From positions 30,252,474 through 30,316,473 of the forward strand of contig NC_069001.1 of assembly GCF_001194135.2 (NCBI RefSeq): DNA of 64,000 nt. The letters are read 5' to 3'. The notes under the pieces were generated by a model. That model ran no database searches. It was not told the origin of the DNA and saw only the letters and a list, made by a program, of their open reading frames with translations. Positions within the stretch are counted from its first letter, which is position 1; each line of letters begins with the position of its first letter. This document shows positions 11,545 to 23,920 of the stretch, in pieces. This DNA is from Octopus bimaculoides. Its lineage: Eukaryota. A program made the translations under genes and the position numbers.

Positions 11545-12220
11545 CCTTTTCGTATAAAGTCTCGAGGGAATATTAGGAGATTTATGTAACAAGAACACTT
11601 TATGACTGGTACTTATTTTAGCGAACCCGAAGGGTTGGAAAACAAAGTCGAACTTAGTGGAAAGATTGACTTAGAATTTCAAGAGACGGAAAATATTGCT
11701 AGGAATTTTGTCCGACGCGCTAACAATTGTGGCAGTCAAAAGCGTTCGTCTACATAATAATAATAATTATTATTATTATTTCTTTATTGCTCACAAGAGG
11801 CTAAACATAGAGGGGACAAATAAGGACAGACAAAGGGGTTAAGTCGATTACATCGACCCCAGTGCGTAATCGGTACTTATTAAATCGACTCCGAAAGGAT
11901 CAATCGCAAAGTCGACCTCGGCAGATTTTGAACTCAGAACGTAACAGCAGACGAAATACTGCAAAGCATTTCGCCCGGCGTGCTAACGATTCTGTCAGCT
12001 CGCAGAATATAATAATAATAATAATAATAATCCTTTCTGCCACAGGAACAGGGCAGCAAAATTTTGGTGGGAGGGAACTAGTCAATTACATCGACTCCAG
12101 TTTGTAACTGCTAATTATTTCATCAACCACGAGAGAAGAACAGCAAAGACGGCCTCGGCAGAATCTGAAATTAGAACGCAAAGCCAGACAAAATGGTAAT
12201 ATTTCTGCCAGTTCACCACA
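11545..12220 (-). mobile_element. Three tandem SINE family A copies (decayed; tail-1 copy 11778-12003; decayed tail-2 copy 12026-12220)
   Basis: Core GGTACTTATTAAATCGACTCCGAAAGGAT and head CATTTCGCCCGGCGTGCTAACGATTCTGTCAGCTCGC, separated by (AAT)n. Confidence 0.85.
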
Positions 12221-12224
12221 TCAA

Positions 12225-12345
12225 TAATAATGACGGTGGTTGTGGTGGTGGTAGAGGTGTGATGGTAAAGATAGTAATAGTAGTAGTAGTAGGAAGAGGA
12301 GGAGGAGGAGGAGGCGAAGAAGTGGGAAGAAGAAGAAGAAGAAAG
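12225..12345. repeat. Compound trinucleotide microsatellite (TAA/TGG/TAG/GAG/GAA)
   Basis: Successive trinucleotide runs. Confidence 0.9.
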
Positions 12346-12634
12346 AAAAAATTCTAATGAGTAAATAAAGTGCTAAGAGGCTTAGAGCGAAAATATTTGA
12401 AACAAATATACCTATAAATTGCAATATGAAGAAGAAAAGAAAAACACTGAATGAAAATATGCAATATTTCTAAAATGCCTCATAGTTTCTAAACACGAAA
12501 ATAGAATTTTCTATGAAAAAGGGAAATATTCAATTGTTATATGTTGCTTTAGGCATTCCTTATGAATAAAAGGACAACAATGTGTGCATATATACGGTCG
12601 ATACTGTAAAATAACGGATGTTTATTCACATATG

Positions 12635-12687
<53 letters not shown>

Positions 12688-13723
12688 ATGTATACGCGCA
12701 TACATTAGAGTAATGGAGGTTATACGAAGCGATTAAATATAATTACGTGCGTATTACGAAGCCACTATAATGCAAGTACAACATAAAATTGAGAAAACGA
12801 AACCGATAAATGTTCCAGAGGTTTTAATCTTGACGTTTTATTCCAATATTTCGACTACAAAATCCTTTATCGCAAGAAATTAAAAAAATAACTGAAGATT
12901 CAATTTTCCTAGGTACGACACAGAATGTTAGAAATGATTACAGTGAGGATTTTGGGTAAGCCATGCAAGAATAGTTACTAATATATTCACCAATTCACGT
13001 ATCTCGATGTTTGTTTCTTATAGATAAAAGTTTGGTATTTATTCAAAATATATACAAATTTCTTCATCATTGGATTTCCGATATGCAATTTTTGTTAGTT
13101 TTATAGGAAACATCCTCGTTATGGCAATTCTCCAGATGATTTCTCACAGACGAAATCGTTGTAAGAATATTTTCTTGAACGCATTATACTCTTTCAGAAC
13201 GGTGCATCCAGTATAATATTCAACGAATTTATGAGATATAATATGCTACCATAGGAAATCATGAATAAATATGTTCGAATTGCTAATAATACGTTTGTAC
13301 CTATATTATTGCGGTCTTTGGGCTGATTCACTGGTGGAAATCTTTTATTAGAGAGATCTGAGTGTATACCAGATTTATTTCCATTCCTCCATTTTGGGAG
13401 GCTTCGTGACTGTCACTAGTAATTCTATCATGAAAATGCAACAGGCTTAGATAGAAAGTGCTAACCATTATTTAGTAGCCTTTCTACAGCGGACAACTTC
13501 GCTCTTCAGATGCGAACGTAGGTTCTTACACTGTTTAAAATAAACGTTCCTATCGAGCGTCCAAGGTAAGAAAATGAAGAGGCGCAAATTTACCACATGC
13601 CACATATCAGATGAGACCGTCAATAATAATAGTATAGTAAAACGGTGGTGCCCCAGTATGGCCACAGCTTTGAGCTGAAACTGATAAAAGTATAAAACAA
13701 AACAAAACAATATGTATGATATG

Positions 13724-13759
<36 letters not shown>

Positions 13760-14625
13760 ATATCAGATATGTACATATATACACAAGGGCACTACATGAC
13801 CACCCATATCGCTAAACATAGGAGTCCAAAATATTTCTATGCCACCGAATAGTCACAAATATGTCGCTTGCTACTCGTGACGGTATTTTAATAATACCAT
13901 CCCTATATATATATATAGGTAACGTACACCTGAGGCTACCACATTTTAGGTGGAGGAAACTTATTGACTCAAACAATCCTGGACTGATCAATGGATACGG
14001 TATCCACTGTTTGATTTAAACTTATAAGTAAGTGGAATCTAGATGCTCATGAAATTCTCATATATACATACATTCTTACAGACAAATTTGCTCTCGCACA
14101 CTCTAATATATTTATATACTGTGAGAGAAACAATGAGGTGTTGTTATATTTACTTTCAAGATCTTACGTAAGTGTCATTAACACAAGATGATTTATAGTT
14201 GTGTAAAAAGTTATATAGTCAAATTTTAATGACAAATCTCCGGAGAGGTGAATCTTATATACATGACATTATCAGATTGCAGTATAGTTAACCGAACTAA
14301 TTATTTCTACAATCCAGTCATGTTGCCTAGAAAGGATACACGTCTCTGATGATTTGATAATATGACTTAAGTAATGTATATTATGTAAAAGTAATGTATA
14401 TTATGTTAAGGAAACGCCCGTACGATGTTGTTACTGAATATCTTATTCACTGGCTCTCAATCTTTGCTCTATTTCTTTTATGTAATTTGTAAAACGCAAC
14501 AAGCCAAGATTCATACTACATTATACAAACACCTTAACACGAACGTCAATTCGCATGGAGTTCTAAATCATTGTTGTTTGTCGCACAATTTAAAGTTTAA
14601 GATACGTGCACATGTATATACACAC

Positions 14626-14685
<60 letters not shown>

Positions 14686-16142
14686 CTAAATACGTATATG
14701 CATGTATGTGTAAATACATATAAATATACACACATATATATGTGTATGTACACGTGTATATATGTACGCACACGTGTGTGTGTGAGGGAGAGAGAGAGAG
14801 AATGAGAAAGGAAGTTGATTGCACTGGAAATTTTGATTTGAAGAGTGTATAAACATGCAGATATAATTATCTGAAGTATTTCTTACGTGGTAAAGGATAT
14901 TTCGGAAATGAAGATACCAATAAGAGAAACAGGGAACATATTGTATGAATATAAGGAAACTGCGTGACAGGAAAATGGGTTTGTTCTTGCATCTCACCAT
15001 TTAATACCGATATATAATATCATTAAGTGAACGCTTATTCAGCGATTTTCAATCACATTTGTGTAACATATATTCAGACACGCAATGAGAAACAACACAT
15101 TTAGGCGAAATCTGAGTCACGCTATTCTAATACACAGGTGGAGTGTGTGGAGATGATGGTTGGTTTAGTATGATAATTAAATATTTAATGTGTAAGGTAA
15201 CTACGTTCACAGAATGACAGAAAAAGGAGAACGCTTCAGTCGTAGTGCAGATATCAATATTGATGATAGAGGTAAGAATAGACATGAGGATGAATAAAGG
15301 TTTTGGAAGATGGTGACATAGAGAAGAGGAGAGAAAGAGGGAATAGGGGCCGAGGGAAAGGAATTGAAAAGTAAGTATATGTGAAGTTCGAAACGGGGAT
15401 GATTTGAAAGTGTGATACGTGTACATATTTCATCCTTGTCAAATCTTCCAACTTGGTTGAGACTGATATTCTGAGACGCATTTGACACAGGCGGGAATAA
15501 ATTCACACACACAAGTACACAAACACAGAGAAACTCAAACGGATATATATATATATATATATATANNNNNNNNNNNNNNNNNNNNNATATATATACATAT
15601 ATATATATATATATGTAGGTATTTATAAATATGTGAATATCTATGTCGACATACTATTATATGCTTATACATATAAATATATCTAGATAGATAGATAGAC
15701 AGACAGATAGACAGATGTATATACATAGACAATTATACGTATATATTAACATATCATTTGTATATATACGCACACACATATAGACATACACATTCCTACA
15801 CTCACATATATCGGTCGTCAAACAACTAAACCGCGAATGACATGTCGCAACGTTATGCCAGTTTGATGCAAAAAGAAATTTCGATGTGGACTTGTTTCAA
15901 ACCGGATTCCATTACAAGTGTTGTCTTTTTGTCTTTTCTCTTAATCTCCCACTGTCAAATTTCGTGGATAAACTCATAAATATTTAGATTTATGCGTAAA
16001 ATACAAAATAATAAATGATATTTCATGACAAACATTTCTACATCTACATGAATCTTGGAAATCACTGCTCCGTGACGGCTTCTCTGAATGTTTCAAGTTT
16101 TTGTTTGCGAATCGAAAACAATGAATTTTGTCATTAATTTTT

Positions 16143-16186
16143 CTCTTTCATACACTTTCTCTCTTTCTCTCGCTCTTCTTCTCTCA

Positions 16187-16262
<76 letters not shown>

Positions 16263-16265
16263 ATC
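16143..16265. repeat. (CT)n microsatellite
   Basis: Direct reading. Confidence 0.95.
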
Positions 16266-16519
16266 CCTGTTACATTTCACTCTCACTATTTCTTCTTTCT
16301 GTTCTCATATATATATATTTCTGTGTGTGTGTATGTGTGTGGCATATATTTGTATAATAAAGATAGTGTGAGTTGGAGAAACACATTTTGTGATGCATTA
16401 ATAAATCCTATGAATTTATATCCGTATGTTATTATTGTTATTGCTGTATTTATCCTAAGCTGAAGAGACATTCATGTGTTTACCCATACCTTTGGATTAC
16501 CCCGGGAGATTGAATCAAA

Positions 16520-17385
16520 ATGTGGGAGTCGACAAGAAACATTGGAGCTTTTAACTGCGCAGTTCGCGTCTGATCTAAATGTACCTTCTTCTTTGTTGTC
16601 CATTGACCTCCGATGAAGATGTAGTCTGTGGTCTCATCAGTCAGTGGCGGGAACGCAGGTGTGTCTCTGAAGTCGAAAGCCGAACGCACGCAGGTGCCCC
16701 TGATTAGGACTGAAGGCGGTGAGCTGGCAGAGACGTTAGCATGCCGGGCGAAATACTTTGGGGCATTTCGTCTGCCGTTACTTTCTGAGTTCAAATTCCG
16801 CCGAGATCGACTTTGCCTTTCATCCTTTCGGGATCGATAGATTAAGTACTAGTTACACACTGGGGTCGATGTAATCGGCCTAATCCCTCTGTCTGTCCTT
16901 GTTTGTCCCCTCTATGTTTAGCCCCTTGTGGGCAATAACGAAATAAGACTGAAAATGATGCGGCCCAGTCAGTCCCGTCTCTTACAGCTGCGAGGCGTTG
17001 GCGTCAGATGCAGCGACCACCGTGTAGGTGACTGACCTCCAGGTAGCCATCTTTCTCGTAGTGGTCTCGAGTTTGCGAGGCTGGATGCCACACTTCATTG
17101 TCCTTTTTTAGGGTGTCTTTATACCATAACTTGCGTCATCCTCGTTATCTTGAGCCTTCCTTCACCTCATCGTACATCAGCTGTCTTGGGATGAGATGGT
17201 CATTCATTCTGATGACGTGGCGGTTCCAACGTAACTGAACTTTGAGCAGAGGTGCCTCAACGTTCGTGGACTCTGCTCTGACCAGGACTTCTTGATTGTA
17301 GACTCCGTTCTCCCAACGAATGACGATGATTGTGCGCAGTGATCTCGTATGGAACTGTCCCAGCTGCTTGATGGCAGAACAGCCT
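16520..17385 (-). mobile_element. Decayed RTE-clade LINE, 3' end, interrupted by a SINE
   Basis: Minus-strand translation IKQLGQFHTRSLRTI..RWE..NQEVLVRAESTNVEAPLLKVQLRWNRHVIRMNDHLIPRQLMYDEVKEG..YKDTLKR..CGI..TWRS. This is the typical RTE/BovB post-RT C-terminus. A Cys/His-like remnant and 3' UTR lie beyond the SINE. Confidence 0.9.
16715..16946 (+). mobile_element. SINE family A, full length, tail type 1, with 7-bp TSD
   Basis: Near-consensus copy flanked by GACTGAA at 16708-16714 and 16947-16953, inserted within the RTE remnant. Confidence 0.95.
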
Positions 17386-17399
17386 GTTCGTTAACGTTA

Positions 17400-17645
17400 C
17401 GTGCAAGTGGCTCAGTACTACCTAGTCAAACCTACCTTTAACGTAGTTCGCAGCGATATGCAACGTGACAAAAATGTTCCAAGGCAGGCTCTTTTCAACT
17501 GCAGGTATGACTCATTTTTGCCCGGCTAGGGGACTAGATCAACGTAAAATAGATTGTCTTGATCAACGACACAAGGCGCCACAGGGATCGAACTCCCGAA
17601 CTTACGATCATGAGGCTGCGAGTGCTAATATGAATGACGTGAGTC
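17400..17645 (-). mobile_element. SINE family C-related copy with CORE-like middle
   Basis: The reverse complement has GGAGTTCGATCCC (B-box), TTGTGTCGTTGATCAAGACA..GGCAAAAATGAGT, then the 3' part shared with 9640-9740 (GAACTACGTTAAAGGT..CTGAGCCACTTGC). Confidence 0.65.
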
Positions 17646-18296
17646 ATTTTTGTGAGTTTGTTCTGTGTAATTCGAACTAGTTGAACCGAATCCTGAGTTC
17701 CGATAAAATTTACGCAAATTAAAAGATTTTTTATAGAAATAATAAGTGGATGTGGTACTTGAATACATCAATAGAATTTGTAAAACTATCGCGGACAGGT
17801 TACGGAATTTTATGAACGACCTAAGTAATCAATGGTAATTCTTTTTCATGTTATGCAGTGTTGCATCCACCCCGTTTAAGACATTAGTTGAAATGTCNNN
17901 NNNNNNNNNNNNNNNNNNNNNNNNNNNNNNNNNNNNNNNNNNNNNNNNNNNNNNNNNNNNNNNNNNNNNNNNNNNNNNNNNNNNNNNNNNNNNNNNNNNN
18001 NNNNNNNNNNNNNNNNNNNNNNNNNNNNNNNNNNNNNNNNNNNNNNNNNNNNNNNNNNNNNNNNNNNNNNNNNNNNNNNNNNNNNNNNNNNNNNNNNNNN
18101 NNNNNNNNNNNNNNNNNNNNNNNNNNNNNNNNNNNNNNNNNNNNNNNNNNNNNNNNNNNNNNNNNNNNNNNNNNNNNNNNNNNNNNNNNNNNNNNNNNNN
18201 NNNNNNNNNNNNNNNNNNNNNNNNNNNNNNNNNNNNNNNNNNNNNNNNNNNNNNNNNNNNNNNNNNNNNNNNNNNNNNNNNNNNNNNNNNNATATA

Positions 18297-18332
<36 letters not shown>

Positions 18333-19621
18333 AGAAATTATTATCGAATGATTTTATTAGTGCAGAAACTTGTGTTATAATATTAAGCAGTTTTTTTTAT
18401 TATTGGAATATACATACTAGATATATAGGGTATCCTCTAGTATCAAACAGCAGCTAATTGTAGTAATAAATAGCATGCCACGTAATATGTAATTCTTAGT
18501 GCGTTTGAGATGAATAAAAATATGTAGGTTCAGTACAGTAAATAAGAGGATCGAGTGAGAATAACGTGATGTTTCTTAAGGGACTTTTCTCGTGACTCTA
18601 ACGCTATTGATATGATCTTGCGAAGCTGCACTTCCCTAACTTATCAGCCTTTCTTCTGAATAAATACTGTTGGCGTGGAGCTTTTATGGCTGGATCGTTA
18701 AAGTGGATAGATTGTCATCTAATGATTTTGTAGATATTTCAAAAACATTTCACACCATGGAAATGTCCGATCAACCAAGAGCATTAATGAATTGTGTCTT
18801 CAAAGTAAAGCCATTTCCATTTGATAACACACTCGATGTTATTCTTCCTTTGATATCTATGTTGAATATATCTATGTTGAGACATAACTATGATGATCAT
18901 TCCTAATGGATTAACTGAATAGTTAAGTCATTAGACGTTCTTATATAACACAGCTAAACGCATCGTTTGAAGTATGATAGTTACCTAATGAATAGATGTG
19001 ATCCTCGAAATAAATTTGCACAACTAAACAGAATTTCTCTGGAGGGGAAATGAAACAAATTTCGCGCCTGAAAGTGCTGCTGGTGCTTTTAGATACAAAT
19101 CCTACGACAGGTGCATTATTATGGGGTTAACATCCTCCAAAATGCATAGAACTTCAGTGACCAGCATTATAAGTTCTGTCGACTATATCGTCCAGTACTC
19201 GTTCATATTTGTACTATAAAGATTTGATAAAGAGCCATCTTCCAATGTAGAATCCGTTTCGATTAGGGAACGTAGTTTAAATGGGAAACAAACTGTTCAG
19301 CACAATTTTACTGAAATATAACACAATGAAGAGGGTGTTTGAGCAATTTAAAAGATTTTGTGTACACAAATAGAGGAAAACGCATATATGTCAGAGTTAC
19401 CCGTGAAATCATTTATAAATGTTACAGCCAATGGACACAAGAAGAGATAAACTCATACATATATCTGAATAAATATATACATACTGTCAGCGACATTCTT
19501 GTATAGAAATAATAATTGTACTCTTCAAATTTATGAATAAACCACCAGATTAAAATAAAATTATTCTTAAAATAACTGAATATAAAACAAGTATTAGCAC
19601 ATCTATCTATATATATATATA

Positions 19622-19770
19622 TATTATAAGATCTGGTAATTAGTCATATTAATATATTAATTAATATCGATTAATTATCAGGGGGCCAGCACGTTTAAAG
19701 AATCAAAGAGATTCAGAAATATTATCTGCAATCTCAGGGGATTAAGGTACATTTTAAAAATAACGTCGAC
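19622..19770 (+). repeat. ~150-bp unclassified interspersed repeat in (TA)n, copy 1
   Basis: Shares GATTAATTATCAGG.GGCCAGCAC..TAAAGAATCAAAGAGA.TCAGAAATATTATCTGCAATCTCAGGGGATTAAGGTACATTTTAAAAA with 22920-23064. Confidence 0.9.
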
Positions 19771-19772
19771 GT

Positions 19773-19803
<31 letters not shown>

Positions 19804-20670
19804 GTACGTACACACATGTATACAAACATGGGGAAATACTTGTGTATGTGCTTAAATGTATATATGTTGTATATGAGTGCATATTATATATTTATACATA
19901 TATATATATATACACACATACGTATATAAATAAATAGATATATCCATGTATAAATAAAACATATATATATATATANNNNNNNNNNNNNNNNNNNNNNNNN
20001 NNNNNNNNNNNNNNNNNNNNNNNNNNNNNNNNNNNNNNNNNNNNNNNNNNNNNNNNNNNNNNNNNNNNNNNNNNNTACAAATAAATATATATATATATAT
20101 ATATACAAATAAATATATATATATAAATACCTATAAGTATAGGTGTATATGTCTAAGAGTATGTATGTATGGATTTATGTGTATCTGATGACGTGACCAA
20201 GTGTCTTTCGCGAAATATTCTGCATATATAGTCAGTGCACACTCAAAAAGCAATCGACATAAATACAGGAATGTTTTGAGTGCCTTCTCATAACGATAAA
20301 AACGTGAAATTCATTCTCATTTTCAAACTAGGAAATTTAAATCCATTGTGTACACAAAAACACACAGTCTCCGTTCCTTTCTGTGCTTTTCTCTCTCTTT
20401 CTCTCCTTTCTCCCTCTTTCCCTCTGTATCAGTTTTTCGCTACATATGGAAAGAGTATTGAATCAGAAACAGTAAAGGAACAACCTGGTTATACACGCGC
20501 ATAAACACACACACACACACACAGAAAGATAGCCAGGTAATTAGACAGACAGACAGACATACATAAATGGGAGAGAAAGAAATACAAACAAATCTATTTT
20601 TATTTATATGTGTATATGCGGATGTCTGTTGAAGGAGACAGGGAGAGAGAGAAAAAAATTATATATACAT

Positions 20671-21035
20671 GTAGGAGGTGGCTGTGTGGTAAGTAGCTTG
20701 CTTACCAACCACATGGTTCCGGGTTCAATCCCACTGCGTGGCATCTTGGGCCGACCAAAGTCTTGTGAGTGGATTTGGTAGACGGAAACTGAAAGAAGCC
20801 CGTCGTATATATGTATATATATATGTGTGTGTTTGTGTGTCTGTGCTTGTCCCCCCTAGCATTGCTTGACAAACGATGCTGGTGTGTTTATGTCCCCGTA
20901 ACTTAGCGGTTCGGCAAAACAGACCGATAGAATAAGTACTAGGCTTACAAAGAATAAGTCCCGGGGTCGATTTGCTCCACTAAAGGCGGTGCTCCAGTAT
21001 GGCCGCAGTCAAATGACTGAAACAAGTTAAAGAGT
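20671..21035 (+). mobile_element. Dimeric tRNA-derived SINE family B
   Basis: Head GTGGCTGTGTGGTAAGTAGCTTGC..CCGGGTTCAATCCC (B-box), GTGAGTGGATTTGGTAGACGGAAACTGAAAGAAGCCCGTCG, TA/TG spacer, then a second unit ending GGCGGTGCTCCAGTATGGCCGCAGTCAAATGACTGAAACAAG. Lacks the CAAGTGTCTTCTACTATAGCCTCGGG segment present at 43.5 kb. Confidence 0.9.
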
Positions 21036-22314
21036 ATGTATACACACGCATTCTCTCTGAATCTACATTTCCGTCTATCTTCATATATTACAAGGTTGTG
21101 GTTTCGAACGCAGAGCACGGCTTCTTGGGCAAGTCAATACAAAACCGCTGATTCAAAATGAATTGAACTAAATGTTAAAAAAAAACCCCATCAGTAATTG
21201 CAATATTAAGGTTTCTTAATTTAAACCGCACCCCATTCTTGTTCACAACTGCATAAATGATTCAGATATCTGCGGAATACTCAGCCAGGTTCACACTTAT
21301 TCAGCAAATACCTGTTTTCATTCACCGAACAATATATATATTCCGTTTATTTGAACTATGCCTATTGTAGTTTGCCTAAGACAATATATGTCACTGTTTT
21401 AAGTAATTTTTCATTGTTATTACAAAACCGCAAGATATTTACGGAATAAATTGTCACCAATGGTTGCGCAATGTTGTACCAATTTGATTTTAATTCCAAC
21501 GAGTAAGGAATCAAATGTCGAATTGCAGTCGTATAATTTTCGCTGCATTTTGACCAGAATGGAATTGAAAATATAAGCCATCTGCTAATTTTATCTAACC
21601 TAGCTTTCGAAATCGATTGGATGTCCAAACATGTTTTTGCGGATAACAAGATCATTTCAGATGTAATTATTTTTCAACATCTATTTATTTGTCGGTATCA
21701 TTTTTGTTTATTTCTTTTGTTTTCTCATGTCGGTCATGATTAAAGGCTATGTTGGGGCGAAGCCAAACAATTTGGTGCTGTCTTATCTTGTTTGCAGCTT
21801 GGACAAGTTCGTTGGTTGTATAGATATTTTGGCAAATTTCCGATCTAAATTATATCTCTAAATATACCCATTGAGAAACCGACACCTCTTGTGTTTCCTG
21901 GTTTTGTTTAGCAAACGACTGTGCTTTCCAAGAGATTTAATTATTACCCTATGTCCATGAAACGGCTCTATTTTAACGTCTCATGCCGTTCTTTCAATCG
22001 AAATAACACTTCAACATATTTCTATTAGACCATATCCAATTTACGAAGAAAAAGAAACTATTTCCCTCGTTTCAGTTAATATTTATTTTATTGGAAGACC
22101 GCAGCAATGCACTGAGAAGTAAATATGGCAGCGTACTGGAACAAAAAAAACAAAGCGCTTTAGAACATTTATTTCCTCCGCTTACATAGTGAGTATATAT
22201 CCTGCACGTGTTGATTTGTTTATTAATTTTCACTGTCGGTAATGCATATTGTAGGCTTGGTATCAAGTCGAACTTGTTACGTATCTTTATCTCTTCCGTG
22301 TTGCAGTGATAGTA

Positions 22315-22465
22315 GACTACGGCCTTGCTGGAGCAACACTTTGAAGTAGCTTTAGTCAAATGAATCCACTCCAGTAGTTATATTTTGTTAAGTCTTTTAT
22401 TATATCGATTCAATTTGCCAAAACGCTAGTTCACGGGAATATAAACTCACCCACACCGGCTGTAA
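22315..22465 (-). mobile_element. SINE family B second unit, decayed
   Basis: CGGCCTTGCTGGAGCAACAC..TTTGCCAAAACGCTAGTTCACGGG is the reverse complement of the second unit. Confidence 0.6.
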
Positions 22466-22919
22466 AGCTATATACGAATCAATATACGAATCAATAACGC
22501 TTGTCAATTGTGGAACACGGCCGTAACTACATAAACCCGATGATTGCATAATGCTTTATTTCAACTGGAAATAGTAACACGTAGGCACAATGAGAAACGA
22601 GAACATAAAAAAAAAAATAGAAAATGAATTTTTTTTCGAACAACGAAAAAGACGAATAGAGACCCGAGACATGCAACATAAACAACACTCGCTTCATTAG
22701 TTGTTCCCTGTTTCATCTACTCAGCGTTTCGAAAGTAAGGACAATACGCGACTTCGTTGAAACAGTCCTTCCTGCAAAGCAAATTAAATAAAATTTGGGA
22801 TTTTTTGCGGAGGGTGAAAGTGATAACAAAAGCAGGACAGTGGTAAAAAGACAGTAAAAACAAACGATGAGGGTTGTTAAGCCAAGACGATGTGAATATA
22901 TATATATATATATATATAT

Positions 22920-23064
22920 TATTATAAAATCTTGTAATTAATCACATATTAATTAATATTGATTAATTATCAGGAGGCCAGCACATCTAAAGAATCAAAG
23001 AGAATCAGAAATATTATCTGCAATCTCAGGGGATTAAGGTACATTTTAAAAAAATAACGTTGAC
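22920..23064 (+). repeat. ~150-bp unclassified interspersed repeat after (TA)n, copy 2
   Basis: Diverged homolog of 19622-19770. Confidence 0.9.
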
Positions 23065-23203
23065 CACTAACGTGGANNNNNNNNNNNNNNNNNNNNNNNN
23101 NNNNNNNNNNNNNNNNNNNNNNNNNNNNNNNNNNNNNNNNNNNNNNNNNNNNNNNNNNNNNNNNNNNNNNNNNNNNNNNNNNNNNNATATATATATATAT
23201 GTT

Positions 23204-23236
<33 letters not shown>

Positions 23237-23255
23237 ATATATACTACGGTATTCA

Positions 23256-23400
23256 TTCTGTCGCCGTCTACCAGGTACCAATCCACTCAAAAGGCTTTGG
23301 TTGACTCGTGGCTATGGTAAAAGAAATTTAATCAAGGTGCCACTGAGACTGAACCTACTACGACGTGGTTGGGGTGCTAGCTTCTTACCGCCCTTTCCCG
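23256..23400 (-). mobile_element. SINE family B head unit, decayed
   Basis: CCGTCTACCA..AATCCACTCAAAAGGCTTTGGTTGACTCGTGGCTAT..GAACC..GCTTCTTACC is the reverse complement of the head unit. Confidence 0.75.
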
Positions 23401-23825
23401 CATTTACCTACATAAGTATGAGAAACTAAACTATGTAAAGCATGGTGTATCATTTATCAGAGTGGTGTTCTCGCTATAAAGCCAAATAAAATATCACGCT
23501 TTTAATCACGAGAAATATCAGCTTTTCTGTAAGATTAAACGTGACAGAGATAGATACTATTTGTATTTTCTGACGTGCGTTTTTTATCACATATAGTGGG
23601 TACTGATCTCGTTTTCTTTTAGCTGAACCTACGACATGACACATTTGAGCCGATTTCTTAACAGAACTGTTCCTATTCTGAACATCCGTTATTTATTTGT
23701 TCTCGTAAACCAAGGAGCAATTCAGTGAAGTGGTAGACTTATTTGCACGTCAGACAAACTGATTAACAGCATTCCTTCCGGCTCCTTACCTTCTTAGATA
23801 AAATCTTGTCGTAGTGTAATTTACA

Positions 23826-23920
23826 ATTCATCCTTTCGGGGTCGATAAAATAAAGTACTAGTAAAGCACTATGGTCGATGTAAACGACTTACCCCAACTC
23901 ACCTCAAAATAACTTGTTTT
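23826..23920 (+). mobile_element. SINE family A core fragment
   Basis: TTCATCCTTTCGGGGTCGATAAAATAAAGTACTAG. Confidence 0.75.

Noticed and set aside
6488-12220. Recurrent similar units separated by other sequence as a CRISPR-like array
   Set aside because: The units are 150-230 bp diverged SINEs at irregular spacing in eukaryotic DNA, and there are no cas genes.
20185-20235. CTGATGA...GAAA as a hammerhead ribozyme
   Set aside because: Stems I and II cannot be paired convincingly; likely chance.
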